Part shown: in pieces, positions 7,723 to 17,201 of the stretch
How positions within the stretch are numbered: position 1 is the stretch's first letter
Layout: each line of letters starts with the position of its first letter
DNA from: a virus
IMG/VR virus record: IMGVR_UViG_3300025264_000007
Span: 1 to 64,000 of that record
Strand: one strand, 5' to 3'
DNA: 64,000 nucleotides
Translations under genes and position numbers: made by a program
The notes under the pieces: model-generated
What the model was told of the DNA's origin: nothing
What the model saw: the letters and a program-made list of their open reading frames with translations, nothing else
Database searches by the model: none

Positions 7723-8214
7723 TTATGAGGTGGCTGCCGTAACACAAACGAGGGAAACACGCAGAATAGCGTCGGTCGTTTGGGTTCCCACATCGCCATG
7801 TGTCACTCGAACAGTAATAGCACTATCCGACCCGTCATCGCCGTCGGGAGGGATCGCGATTGGCGAAATCACTTGGGCCGCCACTGCGTTGATACTCAGG
7901 GCAATTGTGCCACTGTAGCAATCATTGGAATTGGCTGTCCCCACATCGGTAATATTAACTGTGCCACCGCCGGCACTTGCTGTCTCTACAGCGATTTCTC
8001 CACACAGAACGAATGAGCCTGCGGGGACGAGATCGGAAAAGTCAGTAGTCTGCGCGTCGTCGGAAACTGTTGCAGTGCCGTTTACAATTTGCAACGCTGC
8101 GCTCATTTGTCCTGATTGAACAACAGGGTTAATAGCCGCTCTTTCGATCGCTAGACCGCTTTGTCCACCATATTGTACCAAACCTTTATTATCATTGATA
8201 ACTGTTCTAACCAT
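7723..8214 (-). CDS. Probable virion structural protein (beta-rich, decoration-like)
   Basis: AGGAGG SD, own late motif and terminator, Ala/Thr/Val/Gly-rich. Confidence 0.55.
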   Translation of the reverse strand: MVRTVINDNKGLVQYGGQSGLAIERAAINPVVQSGQMSAALQIVNGTATVSDDAQTTDFSDLVPAGSFVLCGEIAVETASAGGGTVNITDVGTANSNDCYSGTIALSINAVAAQVISPIAIPPDGDDGSDSAITVRVTHGDVGTQTTDAILRVSLVCVTAATS

Positions 8215-8291
8215 AATAATTTCCTCCTATTTGTTCGCATGATTCCGACACGACGGCGATATCGTCTTATGGAATGTGCCGGGCCTATTGT

Positions 8292-8299
8292 TAAATAGT
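8292..8299 (-). promoter_or_regulatory. Putative late promoter ACTATTTA
   Basis: ACTANTTA motif recurring in intergenic gaps. Confidence 0.6.
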
Positions 8300-8324
8300 A
8301 TTAAGGTTCGGCAATAGAGGATAA

Positions 8325-9320
8325 TCATGAAATTAATTCATAATCTAGTATTTTTATTTCCCGCGAAAGAGGTTCTTCGGTTTTGGCGCATAAATCGGTC
8401 GTCAAATACTTCTTATTTCCGTCTGGAAGCACAGTAGCGACGTTTGAACCCTCTGGAAGCTCGCTGGCCTTCAAAATAGCCCCAAAAACATTGGCTCCAG
8501 ACGAAATACCGACAGATAGCCCTAAGTTATTGATTTGTCTAGCAATATTTATCGCATCGGCGTCATTTACTCGTAAAACAGGGCTAAGTGCTTGTAAATC
8601 CACGATTTTTGGTATAAAGCTGTCTCCGGTGCCTTCAATTCGATGTTTTCCGTCTTTATTCTCTCTCGGAAGGATGGGGTAAGCCTTAAAGTCGTTTTTT
8701 TCGCTTTTATTGGTCGAAAGTTCCGAAAAATAGTGAAAAAAGCCCATTACGGTGCCCCCAGTGCCGATTCCGGCAATAAAAACGTCTAATTCTCCCAAAT
8801 TATTGATTCTTAGTGCATTTTCGAGTTCGGGAGCCGTTGTTTGGGCGTGTGCAAGCACGTTCCACGAGTTTTCGAACTGTTTTGGGCAGAAATAGCCGTT
8901 TTTCTTGCTTTTCTTGGCTGCGAGGGCTATACACTTGTCAAACCCGCCCTCTTTTAGCGTTATTTCGAGCAATTTTGCTCCGTAGAAGCGCATAAGGCGT
9001 TTTCTTTCGGTAGAAAGCCAGCTTGGCATGTATATTTGAACGGGATGACCCAGGTAAGCCCCCATAGCAGCAAAAGAAATGCCCGTATTGCCGCTTGTGG
9101 CTTCTACTATGGTGTTTCCGGGTTCTAGCTGACCCGCTATGTAGCCGGCTTCAAGGATTTGGATGGCCATGCGGTCTTTGATGCTGCCGGTAAAGTTACC
9201 AACCTCGTATTTTGCTAAAATATAGAGTTTTTTCCCTTCAAACTCGCACTCTAGTCTTAGGGTGGGTGTGTTTCCAACGAAATTTCGGAGTTTTTTGAGT
9301 TTTTCCGGCACTGTGTTCAT
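8325..9320 (-). CDS. cysK: Cysteine synthase family PLP enzyme
   Basis: VGNTP, KYE..NFTGSIKDR (PLP Lys), EATSGNTG, QFEN, GIGTGGT, GISSGA. Confidence 0.88.
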   Translation of the reverse strand: MNTVPEKLKKLRNFVGNTPTLRLECEFEGKKLYILAKYEVGNFTGSIKDRMAIQILEAGYIAGQLEPGNTIVEATSGNTGISFAAMGAYLGHPVQIYMPSWLSTERKRLMRFYGAKLLEITLKEGGFDKCIALAAKKSKKNGYFCPKQFENSWNVLAHAQTTAPELENALRINNLGELDVFIAGIGTGGTVMGFFHYFSELSTNKSEKNDFKAYPILPRENKDGKHRIEGTGDSFIPKIVDLQALSPVLRVNDADAINIARQINNLGLSVGISSGANVFGAILKASELPEGSNVATVLPDGNKKYLTTDLCAKTEEPLSREIKILDYELIS

Positions 9321-9329
9321 TGGGAGTGC

Positions 9330-11273
9330 CTAGCTGTCTCTCCAGAGGTTGTTGGCGGCAAACTTAATAACCTCGGCAGCCGAGTCTTCGCTGTAATTGT
9401 AATCTTCGATCAGCGTTTTCACCATTTCGTTATATTTGCCCTGTTGCTTTTTGTCGCGGCTCTTGGATTTGGTAACAATGCGTGAAATTTGCTTAACTGA
9501 GGAGGTTAGTTTGTTTTCGATCGCCTCTCTCAAAGGCGTATAAGACTGCCAATCTACTTTTTCTCCGCGCCGAAGCTTGGAAAACATGTAGGCGGTAATA
9601 TCCACGCGGAAATTATCTTTAGCGGTGCCGACGATGCCGATCTGTTCTTCTATCGACACTAAGAATTTCTCATCGGGTGCAATTTCTTCGTTGGTTATCC
9701 GATCCTTCAGCGTTGCCATATTAACATATGCCTCGGCGTGGTCGAGATAGTTATTAAATAGCGATTCCGCTTGCTCGTCATAAGCGGAAACGAATGCCTT
9801 GGTAATCTCTTTTTCCAAGATGACGAGATATTCCTCGTGAAGAGTCTTGCCCAGGAAATCAAGATACCGACTGCGGTCATCCTCTACTACAATTTGATCT
9901 TTAACTTGTTTGATTAACGCTTCGCGGATAGAAATAGGCGTCACCATATTTTTGTCGCTATCAGACAAAGCAGAATCTATAGCCTTCATGATAAATCGAG
10001 TGGAAATGCCAGTCATTCCTTCTCCTCGCGCCTCATCGCGCAAGTCATTAATATCGACCTTTTTTATATGCCCTTTCTCTATGACTTCTGCCCCATCGTA
10101 TAGTTTCATTTTAGTGAGGGGGTCTACTTTGTTGGATAAGTGCAGCCGGCTAAGAACTGCGAACATGGCGGCCACTTCTAAGGTGTGTGGGGCAACATGG
10201 GCGTCGAAGTCAGAGAGCGCGAGCATCTTCTCATAAATCTTTTGTTCTTCCGAATATTCCAGGCAGTAAGGAACATTGACCCTAACGATGCGATCTAGAA
10301 TTGCTTCATTAGTATTTTCAGATTTAAACTTGTTCCATTCGGCTTCATTACAATGAGCCAAAATAACACCGTCAAAATAAATCATTGGACCTTTACCTGG
10401 CGATGGAATAGATTTTTCTTGAGTGGCTGTAATCATGGTATGCAAGAACTCAATCTCATTTTTGAATACTTCCACAAACTCTACGATCCCGCGGTTGCCT
10501 ACGTTGAACGCGCCGTTCAAAGATAGAACTCGGGGATCGTCTTCGGCATATAGATCAAGCTTAGAAATATCTTCGCTCCCGATCAACATAGTCACATCCT
10601 GGCTGTTCGCATCCATGGGAGGAACAACACCAACTCCGCGCCTGCCGCGCACCGAGAAAGAAGATTGAGCAATAGGCATAGAAGTATAATCGTTGTCATA
10701 TTCTTCCTTTAGTCTAAAACGACAAACGGGGCATAGGTCGCCCTCAATACGCAATCCATAAATGCTTTGAAACTGTTCTCGTAATGAACGAGGAATCAAG
10801 TGGAGTGGTTCTTCATGAATAGGGCACCCCTCAATATGATACATGGAGTCGCACCCCTCCAGGGCTGCTTTGACATGTTCCATAAGGGCTGATTTGCCCG
10901 CGCCAACCGGGCCCAGCAGCAGAAGCACTTGGCGGCTTTCCTCGCCCTTAAGGGAAGCTGATCTGAGAAACCTCATAATTTTGGCAAGGGATCGCTCCAT
11001 GCCAAAAAACCTGCTTTGGAAATAATCGTATGTTTTTAATTCTTCCCCGTTGAATAGTTTGTTACAGCGCGGGCTGCCTTGAGACATTCTTGTGATTCCA
11101 TAACCGGTGATGGCCTCATAGAGCCTCTTGTGAGCAAGTTGGGTTATAGACGAATCTTTCTCCAGCAGTTTAAGATAGTCTTCCAGAGTTCCGTGGAATG
11201 TTTCCACCTTTTTCTTTTCTTGGTGTTTCTCAACCAAGGTGAGAAATTTCTCTGACTTCTTTATTTTCGTCAT
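9330..11273 (-). CDS. prkA: PrkA/YeaG AAA+ serine kinase family protein
   Basis: LLGPVGAGKS, CPIHEEPL, IEGDLCPVC, NRGIVEFVEVFK, EAILDRI, GMTGISTRF. Confidence 0.93.
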   Translation of the reverse strand: MTKIKKSEKFLTLVEKHQEKKKVETFHGTLEDYLKLLEKDSSITQLAHKRLYEAITGYGITRMSQGSPRCNKLFNGEELKTYDYFQSRFFGMERSLAKIMRFLRSASLKGEESRQVLLLLGPVGAGKSALMEHVKAALEGCDSMYHIEGCPIHEEPLHLIPRSLREQFQSIYGLRIEGDLCPVCRFRLKEEYDNDYTSMPIAQSSFSVRGRRGVGVVPPMDANSQDVTMLIGSEDISKLDLYAEDDPRVLSLNGAFNVGNRGIVEFVEVFKNEIEFLHTMITATQEKSIPSPGKGPMIYFDGVILAHCNEAEWNKFKSENTNEAILDRIVRVNVPYCLEYSEEQKIYEKMLALSDFDAHVAPHTLEVAAMFAVLSRLHLSNKVDPLTKMKLYDGAEVIEKGHIKKVDINDLRDEARGEGMTGISTRFIMKAIDSALSDSDKNMVTPISIREALIKQVKDQIVVEDDRSRYLDFLGKTLHEEYLVILEKEITKAFVSAYDEQAESLFNNYLDHAEAYVNMATLKDRITNEEIAPDEKFLVSIEEQIGIVGTAKDNFRVDITAYMFSKLRRGEKVDWQSYTPLREAIENKLTSSVKQISRIVTKSKSRDKKQQGKYNEMVKTLIEDYNYSEDSAAEVIKFAANNLWRDS

Positions 11274-11276
11274 CTA

Positions 11277-12593
11277 TTAAAACTCCCAAGTGTCATCTTC
11301 TATAACAGTAGTAAATCTTACACCACCTTGCCATAGAGTGTTAATGTGCTCAAAAACTTTATTTGCTTCTGATAACTCTAAATCCCTTCCGTCGTGCTCA
11401 TGTTTTAATATAAGCGTTCCGTCTTGGAGCAGTTCGCTAACAAATATTACGGGCACCGAATTAAGCCCTATGTTTGTAATTAGATCGTCTCGGATAGTTT
11501 TCCAACTCTTCTCGCCCGTAACCTCGGTAATGCGATTATATCCTTCTTGTGGTTGGAATGAATAACTAAACAAATTCAGTTCTTTGCACAAATCATAATC
11601 TAAATAAGATTTAATAAAACTTTCGTCGTTGTGTGTTTCTCGTATTCGCAAGCATTCACTAAATCCTTGTTTTTCCTCAATATATTTGAACATTTTATAT
11701 CCAAGGTGATAGGGATTTATTCTTCCCAAATGAGGTCTAATCACTTGATTATGCAGCCGAATAAATGCGAGATGATATTCGGGAGGTAAATCTAGCGACG
11801 TAAGGATTTTTTCATGGATCAGGCATGCCCAACCCTCATTCATAATTTTCGTCAGTGCCTGCGGCATAAAATATGATGACTCTTGAGCTACGATATTAAT
11901 AAGGTCTCTCTCCCATTCTTCCAAGAAGCGACTATATTCCGCCATGAATTGTAAGACGTTTATATCAGGTTCTAGGGGGATGCGGTTTAGATCAAATTCA
12001 TCCCATCTTCCTGTTGTGTCAGATATTTTAAGATCGTGGTAATATTTTAAAAGCTCTTTGTGGTTTCTCCTTTTCATTCCAGGGGTGCGAGGAATTTGAA
12101 AGCGAATAGAATGGCAGGCATCCAATATTTTTTCTACCCTCTCTATTCCAATAGTAGGGTCTTCCACATATTTCTTGATGCGCTTAGAGGCTGACTTAAA
12201 TCGAGAAAGAGCATTGTCTGCGTCAGTCTCGATGAACATGCGGTTGTTCTTAAAGAAATCGCTATGCCCGACGCAATGTGCCATTGTAAGCACATGAGTG
12301 GGCATCGGATTTTCTGTCATCAAGTAAGAGATGCTGGGATTGGAGTTAATGATCATTTCATACGGAAGACCCGACATTCCTAAATTATATTCTGTCTGAA
12401 TGCGATCAAAAGATTTTCCGTATGACCAGTGTCGGTAGTGTGTAGGTAAGCCTGAATAGGCCATGTGCCCGATCATCTCCTTATAGTCGCATATTTCATA
12501 ATCAATCGGGTACCAGTCTAGCCCAAGCTCTTTCCCGAGATTACAAATTTTAGAATCCCATTGCTGTAGCTCGCTCATTGACCATTCAGCCAT
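11277..12593 (-). CDS. spoVR: SpoVR/YcgB family protein
   Basis: GLPTHYRHWSYGK, YEMIINSNP, AHCVGHSDFFKNN, TKIMNEGWA, NPYHLG, HDGRDL. Confidence 0.93.
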   Translation of the reverse strand: MAEWSMSELQQWDSKICNLGKELGLDWYPIDYEICDYKEMIGHMAYSGLPTHYRHWSYGKSFDRIQTEYNLGMSGLPYEMIINSNPSISYLMTENPMPTHVLTMAHCVGHSDFFKNNRMFIETDADNALSRFKSASKRIKKYVEDPTIGIERVEKILDACHSIRFQIPRTPGMKRRNHKELLKYYHDLKISDTTGRWDEFDLNRIPLEPDINVLQFMAEYSRFLEEWERDLINIVAQESSYFMPQALTKIMNEGWACLIHEKILTSLDLPPEYHLAFIRLHNQVIRPHLGRINPYHLGYKMFKYIEEKQGFSECLRIRETHNDESFIKSYLDYDLCKELNLFSYSFQPQEGYNRITEVTGEKSWKTIRDDLITNIGLNSVPVIFVSELLQDGTLILKHEHDGRDLELSEANKVFEHINTLWQGGVRFTTVIEDDTWEF

Positions 12594-13780
12594 TATTTCG
12601 TGCCTCCAAAAAGTTTCTTAAATGATTTCCAGATATCCCTGTGGTCTACCAGGCGCGTGCGCTTAAAGTCTTTATCTTCCGCGAGCTTCAGCCAATCCCA
12701 CAGTTTTTTTTCAGCCGTCCCAGTAAAAAGAAAACTGTCGTGGTCGAATATTTGTTGTTTTCCGATTTCAGTATAGCATGTCATCTGGCTTATCTCTTTA
12801 ATCCGTCGAAAGCTTTCTAGTGCTTCCTTATTGTCGATTGTCCAATTATCTCCATCGCCGCAATAGAAAGTGTAAATATTCCAGTTGTTGGGGTGATAAC
12901 GTTTCTCTATTATTTCTTCTACTTTTTTTATCCCCGTCGAAACTAATGTTCCTCCGTTGGGAATTTGCGTAAAGAATTGATTCTCGTTTACCTCGTGAGC
13001 GATGGCTGTGTGGGAAATAAATACCACATCTACTGCCGAGTATCGATGATTGAGAAATTGATAGAGAAGAAAAAAGAAACTTCTAGCTAGAAACTTTTTC
13101 GATTTATTCATCGATCCTGAAACATCCATTACGAAGAAGACCACGGCTGACGTGTTTTCTTTTTGAACCGGGGCTATGTGCTTATATCGCAAGTCACTTT
13201 CATGAAAAGGAAAACGATCATCCTTCTCGGGATCATAGGCTCCAGCTTTGATCGCTGCTTTTTTTCTTCTAATCTTTTGTTTTATAGTTTCTTTTTTTGA
13301 CAGCCGCGGGCGAATTCCCCAGGGTCGCTTCCCTTTGCGCTTCATTTTTTCTTCTGTAATAAACTTGAACCGTTTTTTTTCTAGTTCCGGAAGATTAAGA
13401 TCGGCAAAGAGATATTCTGCCAATTCTTCCAATGACATTTCTATCTCATATTTTTCGTCGCCGGCTTTGTCTCCGGGTTGGTCACCGGGTCGGGCTGCGG
13501 TCTTCCGCCGCTTACCAATGCGCTGCCCTTTCTTTACTTGTTTCCCCTGCGCAGACCCTACCGTTTTATTTTTCTCGTTACTGCCATATACAAAGCGGTG
13601 CTCTTTAATTCCCCTAACGGGAATTCGAATTTTCTTTTTGCCATTTTGACCGATAATACTTTCTTCGGCCACCACATCTTTAATGCTGTCTTTGATCGCC
13701 TTTTCTATTTTGTGGCGATGCCGCGAACGATCTCCCGATGCTCGGTCAGCAATTGTTTTATGTTCTCTAAAAGTGCTCAT
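12593..13780 (-). CDS. yeaH: YeaH/YhbH (DUF444) VWA-like protein
   Basis: DRSRHRHK, IPVRGIKE, DLNLPEL, DLRY, MDVSGSM, GGTLVS, WNIY..DGDNW. Confidence 0.92.
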   Translation of the reverse strand: MSTFREHKTIADRASGDRSRHRHKIEKAIKDSIKDVVAEESIIGQNGKKKIRIPVRGIKEHRFVYGSNEKNKTVGSAQGKQVKKGQRIGKRRKTAARPGDQPGDKAGDEKYEIEMSLEELAEYLFADLNLPELEKKRFKFITEEKMKRKGKRPWGIRPRLSKKETIKQKIRRKKAAIKAGAYDPEKDDRFPFHESDLRYKHIAPVQKENTSAVVFFVMDVSGSMNKSKKFLARSFFFLLYQFLNHRYSAVDVVFISHTAIAHEVNENQFFTQIPNGGTLVSTGIKKVEEIIEKRYHPNNWNIYTFYCGDGDNWTIDNKEALESFRRIKEISQMTCYTEIGKQQIFDHDSFLFTGTAEKKLWDWLKLAEDKDFKRTRLVDHRDIWKSFKKLFGGTK

Positions 13781-13798
13781 AAATTTAAGATCCTACAG

Positions 13799-13806
13799 TA
13801 AGTAGT
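13799..13806 (-). promoter_or_regulatory. Putative late promoter ACTACTTA upstream of yeaH
   Basis: ACTANTTA motif in intergenic gap. Confidence 0.6.
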
Positions 13807-13819
13807 TTTTATTCGGATC

Positions 13820-14113
13820 TTATGCGAGCGTGAGTTCTGAAATCTCTATCTCGTGGGAGTTCCCGTCGGGGTCCATGACGATTGCTACTCCACCCACATC
13901 GCCGCCGCTTGTGAGGAGTTCGGCAACTTCTCCGGTCATTGCCATTCTTTCGTAGTCAACTTTTTGACGTCCGCTGGCTGTGGTCTTCATCACCTTAGCC
14001 AGAACATTCCAGTTGACCATTTGCCCCGGCTGAAAGTCTGTTTCCATACGGAACCCTTGTTCATTTATTGCTTCTTTGATAAGCGTTCTCAATAAGGCTT
14101 TGGTGAGCTTCAT
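13820..14113 (-). CDS. Hypothetical protein with MKLTK..L..LIKE leader
   Basis: Shared N-terminal leader, then FQPGQMV SH3-like segment. Confidence 0.65.
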   Translation of the reverse strand: MKLTKALLRTLIKEAINEQGFRMETDFQPGQMVNWNVLAKVMKTTASGRQKVDYERMAMTGEVAELLTSGGDVGGVAIVMDPDGNSHEIEISELTLA

Positions 14114-14337
14114 TTCTTGCGCTTCTTCGCCATCTTGCGGAAAGTCTTAGCAAGGTTATAACGCTTGCTTCCTTCTGGGCAGCTTTCGCTGCCAAACTTA
14201 TCTCCGGTGCAGACGCCCTCGGTTCCACGTCGCTCAATATCTTTCTCTGCGCCTTGAATCCACTTCTCATCTTTCTCATTGATTTTATTAATCTCTTCTT
14301 GGACCATAGTTCTAAGTTGTGTCATTGTAATTTTCAT
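14110..14337 (-). CDS. Hypothetical protein with MKIT..QLR.MVQEEI leader
   Basis: Leader, KWIQGA..G, LAKTFRKM basic tail. Confidence 0.65.
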   Translation of the reverse strand: MKITMTQLRTMVQEEINKINEKDEKWIQGAEKDIERRGTEGVCTGDKFGSESCPEGSKRYNLAKTFRKMAKKRKK

Positions 14338-15455
14338 TATCTATATCCCGTTGGGTCTCCGTCTGGGTGATTCTTTTTGTAGACCTGATTTAAATAGTTC
14401 TCTAATTCCTTTATAGTCTTTTGTTTTGTTGCCCGCATAAGTGAGGCGAGCATCTCTAAGGTCTTGCGGGCATCAGGATTGGAACTAACATTATGGAGTG
14501 GGTTGTCAATGTCTCGTGCAAAACGTCCAACGGCGTTGGGTGACCCAGCCAATCCCCGAAAGAATGCGGTGGCTTTTCGCTTGCGTTCTAACTCGTCTGA
14601 ATAATCCACCTTGCCTTGGACATTCGCTCCCTCAAATTGCTCTTTGCCAGCGAGGATATCTTGGGCGGCTTGAACAAACAAAAACACATCATCTTCACCT
14701 GCTTGTTTGCGGACCCTATCCTTATCCATACTCCTATCTCTAGGCTCTGGCTTATCAGTAATCTTTACTCCCGACTTCTCTACCTCTTGCTTGAAGTCCG
14801 CCAGTTTAGTGAGGGCTTTTTTCTTTCCGACCTCAACGTGCGGCCAAGTACTTTTATCGATATGAATATAATAAGGGATGCCCCTTTGTTCTGCTACTGC
14901 CACGCCTCGTTCTATTCCATCCATTTGATACCAGTTGAGAGAAAGTGCGGTTCTTCTTTCCATCTTATTGGAGAACATATCTTTTTCATTCCTATAAAGT
15001 GGGACAGCAAAATGTATCTCGTCAATGTAGGTGTCGGCATCATCAATATAGGGTTCGTCCAAAAGGATTCTATCTTCTGCCTCAAAGGCTTCTGAGTGTC
15101 CTGTCTTATCAACGTTGGCTGCCAACTTAGAAGACGTTCCTCTTTTTGGGTCAGCCCAATAATCCGTGGGGACTCCTTTATATTTTTGGGCCAAAGCCCG
15201 GCCATCCAATTTGAAGATAGCCCCTTGTGGATAGGTTCCTGTATAAGCATTGACTGGCGTTCTTGCGGTGGAAAAATAATAAAGCTTACCTTTACCTAAC
15301 TCAGCTTCCACTTCTTTAGTAAATCCACCGGACGCCATAAACTTATTGTCTTCAAGTATCTTGGCTGCTTTATTAATCCCGCTCGTATAGTGATAGACAA
15401 CATCGCTGATGCCTTCCTTCAGGAACTTGCGCCAGTTTTCCATTAGGAGTTTCAT
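14337..15455 (-). CDS. Putative ADP-ribosyltransferase-fold protein with MKLLMENWRKFLKE leader
   Basis: VYHYT..IL, FSTAR, FKLDG, EAEDR spacing typical of ART folds. Confidence 0.5.
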   Translation of the reverse strand: MKLLMENWRKFLKEGISDVVYHYTSGINKAAKILEDNKFMASGGFTKEVEAELGKGKLYYFSTARTPVNAYTGTYPQGAIFKLDGRALAQKYKGVPTDYWADPKRGTSSKLAANVDKTGHSEAFEAEDRILLDEPYIDDADTYIDEIHFAVPLYRNEKDMFSNKMERRTALSLNWYQMDGIERGVAVAEQRGIPYYIHIDKSTWPHVEVGKKKALTKLADFKQEVEKSGVKITDKPEPRDRSMDKDRVRKQAGEDDVFLFVQAAQDILAGKEQFEGANVQGKVDYSDELERKRKATAFFRGLAGSPNAVGRFARDIDNPLHNVSSNPDARKTLEMLASLMRATKQKTIKELENYLNQVYKKNHPDGDPTGYR

Positions 15456-15456
15456 T

Positions 15457-15954
15457 TTATGCGATACCTCCCATCCGATTTACTACTAGATTTTTTATTA
15501 GTACAAGTAACGCCCCTGCGGGCAGAAGAAAAAGACCCGCACTAGCTAGGGCGTTTATGAAGTTTAACTTTTCTTCCTCGGAAAGCCCCTCTCCCGCTTT
15601 CCACTTCTTCACGGCAACAACAAATGGCTCAACGCCTGATGCTAGTTTTTCCTTGAATACCCTAATGACGGGCTTAAGTTTGTCAAGGTTGCGGGAAATC
15701 CACTCTCCAACCCTTCCTTCTTCAAGTGCCTGTTCAAATCCCTCTAGGAGAAGGTTGCTATGTTCCGTGATCGGGCCCGACTTACCAGGCTTGGCAGCCT
15801 TCTGTGTAAAGGGGGGAGTGTTGGCGTTGCCACCGCTCCCTGCTAGCTTTACCATAGAAGCGAAAGTTCCTTTGGCATACTTTTGAAACTTGCCCTCGGC
15901 TGCGGCTTCGGTCACTGCCTTTCTCACCATCTCTCTTAGCTTCTCTTTTTTCAT
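15457..15954 (-). CDS. Hypothetical protein with KLREMVRKAVTE leader and C-terminal hydrophobic helix
   Basis: Start re-set to ATG 15954 (TAATG overlap with a small upstream ORF). Confidence 0.6.
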   Translation of the reverse strand: MKKEKLREMVRKAVTEAAAEGKFQKYAKGTFASMVKLAGSGGNANTPPFTQKAAKPGKSGPITEHSNLLLEGFEQALEEGRVGEWISRNLDKLKPVIRVFKEKLASGVEPFVVAVKKWKAGEGLSEEEKLNFINALASAGLFLLPAGALLVLIKNLVVNRMGGIA

Positions 15955-16109
15955 TATTTTTTTACCTGGGGGGTTACTTTCACCACCTCCCAAATCTTCT
16001 CAAGTTGCTTTTCTCTCATGAAGTGATCTTTCAAGAGTTCACGGATAATATCCCATTTTTTCATATTATTTTTCATGATCGGTTCCCACTTAAGTTTTAA
16101 GGGCTGAAA

Positions 16110-16117
16110 TAAATAGT
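16110..16117 (-). promoter_or_regulatory. Putative late promoter ACTATTTA
   Basis: ACTANTTA motif upstream of leader-bearing gene cluster. Confidence 0.6.
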
Positions 16118-16140
16118 ATATTTATTAACAAAAAACACAG

Positions 16141-16539
16141 TTAGCGTGTTTCCATCAGTGCCTTAAGAACCTGGGAAGAAATTACTTTATCTCCCGTTTT
16201 ATAAAATCCCGTGCTTATGACCAAGAACCTATTTGCTCCCAAGTCGCAACATAGGGAGATATCCACCTTGTAGGATGTTTTGTTGCCGAGCCGGGTTTCC
16301 GGAATCAAGGCGACTCGATCGTCGCCGTCACCGAGCCGTAAAATGTCGTCATAAAATACATCCATGGCTTGAAAGTGATGGATGCCTGATGCTGCGGCTA
16401 CCTTAGCTTTGGTGATGCGCTGGAGATTGCCGGCAATCCTCATATCGTCGCGCGACATATAGAATAGTGTGAGGGTCGAGGCAGTAATTAAAAGTAACAC
16501 AAACATCGTGACCATCAAGGCCATACCGCGTTTCTTCAC
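16141..16539 (-). CDS. PilX-like type IV minor pilin
   Basis: KKRG|MALMVTMFVLLLIT class III signal; DMRIAGN..A..AA.SGI PilX N-terminal pattern; VISTG. Confidence 0.75.
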   Translation of the reverse strand: MKKRGMALMVTMFVLLLITASTLTLFYMSRDDMRIAGNLQRITKAKVAAASGIHHFQAMDVFYDDILRLGDGDDRVALIPETRLGNKTSYKVDISLCCDLGANRFLVISTGFYKTGDKVISSQVLKALMETR

Positions 16540-16865
16540 CGACCCACCCCCACATTAATCATTAGGTTTCTTCGGGGAAGCGACGGAACATTAAATCTGT
16601 CTATAGAGAAAAGTTGTAGATTTTCCCTAATCCACGTTTCCGTTCTCTGCACACATTGGGAGCGCGGAGTGTTGGATCGGATGCAGATTGCTTCTTCTCT
16701 TTTAATTACCTGGCAATAGCAGCGCATGCGGTTTTGTAGTTCCTGCTCCGGCGAGAGTGTGACCCCTGCCGGCAAAGGAACGTTGGTGCCCGGAAGCCAC
16801 TTAGGGCAAGTCACCGGATTTAATCCAGCAAAAATAATCAGATATGTGGATAGAATAGAAGTCAT
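16536..16865 (-). CDS. Cys-containing exported hypothetical protein
   Basis: Hydrophobic N-terminus, GTGA overlap with the pilin gene. Confidence 0.55.
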   Translation of the reverse strand: MTSILSTYLIIFAGLNPVTCPKWLPGTNVPLPAGVTLSPEQELQNRMRCYCQVIKREEAICIRSNTPRSQCVQRTETWIRENLQLFSIDRFNVPSLPRRNLMINVGVGR

Positions 16866-16967
16866 TGAAAAGCCTCATTATTTCTTGTAAGAAGATTTGT
16901 CTTATTATAGCAAAGTTTTATAGGTTAGTTAAAGGGGATCTCTTGGCTGCCCTCATCCGAATTTTTT

Positions 16968-17201
16968 TTAGTGATACTCATCGAACATCGACACCAAAAT
17001 CTTTCCTTGATAGTTGGGTAGCCCCGTATGATAGCTTAGGCCGTATTGTTGAATAACCTTTACAGCCTCAAACAGCATTTGTTGGCTGTTCCCCGTTATG
17101 ATTTCCACAAAGGCTCCGCTTTGTAACCAGCGTTCTAAAAAGCGCGCAACCACGTTGCCGACCTCATAATAAGTTAGCCCATGCAAATCAAGTGTAGGCA
17201 C
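16968..17201 (-). CDS. Stand-alone Smr domain protein
   Basis: TLDLHG...FL...VEIITGNS...NYQGKI. Confidence 0.75.
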   Translation of the reverse strand: MPTLDLHGLTYYEVGNVVARFLERWLQSGAFVEIITGNSQQMLFEAVKVIQQYGLSYHTGLPNYQGKILVSMFDEYH

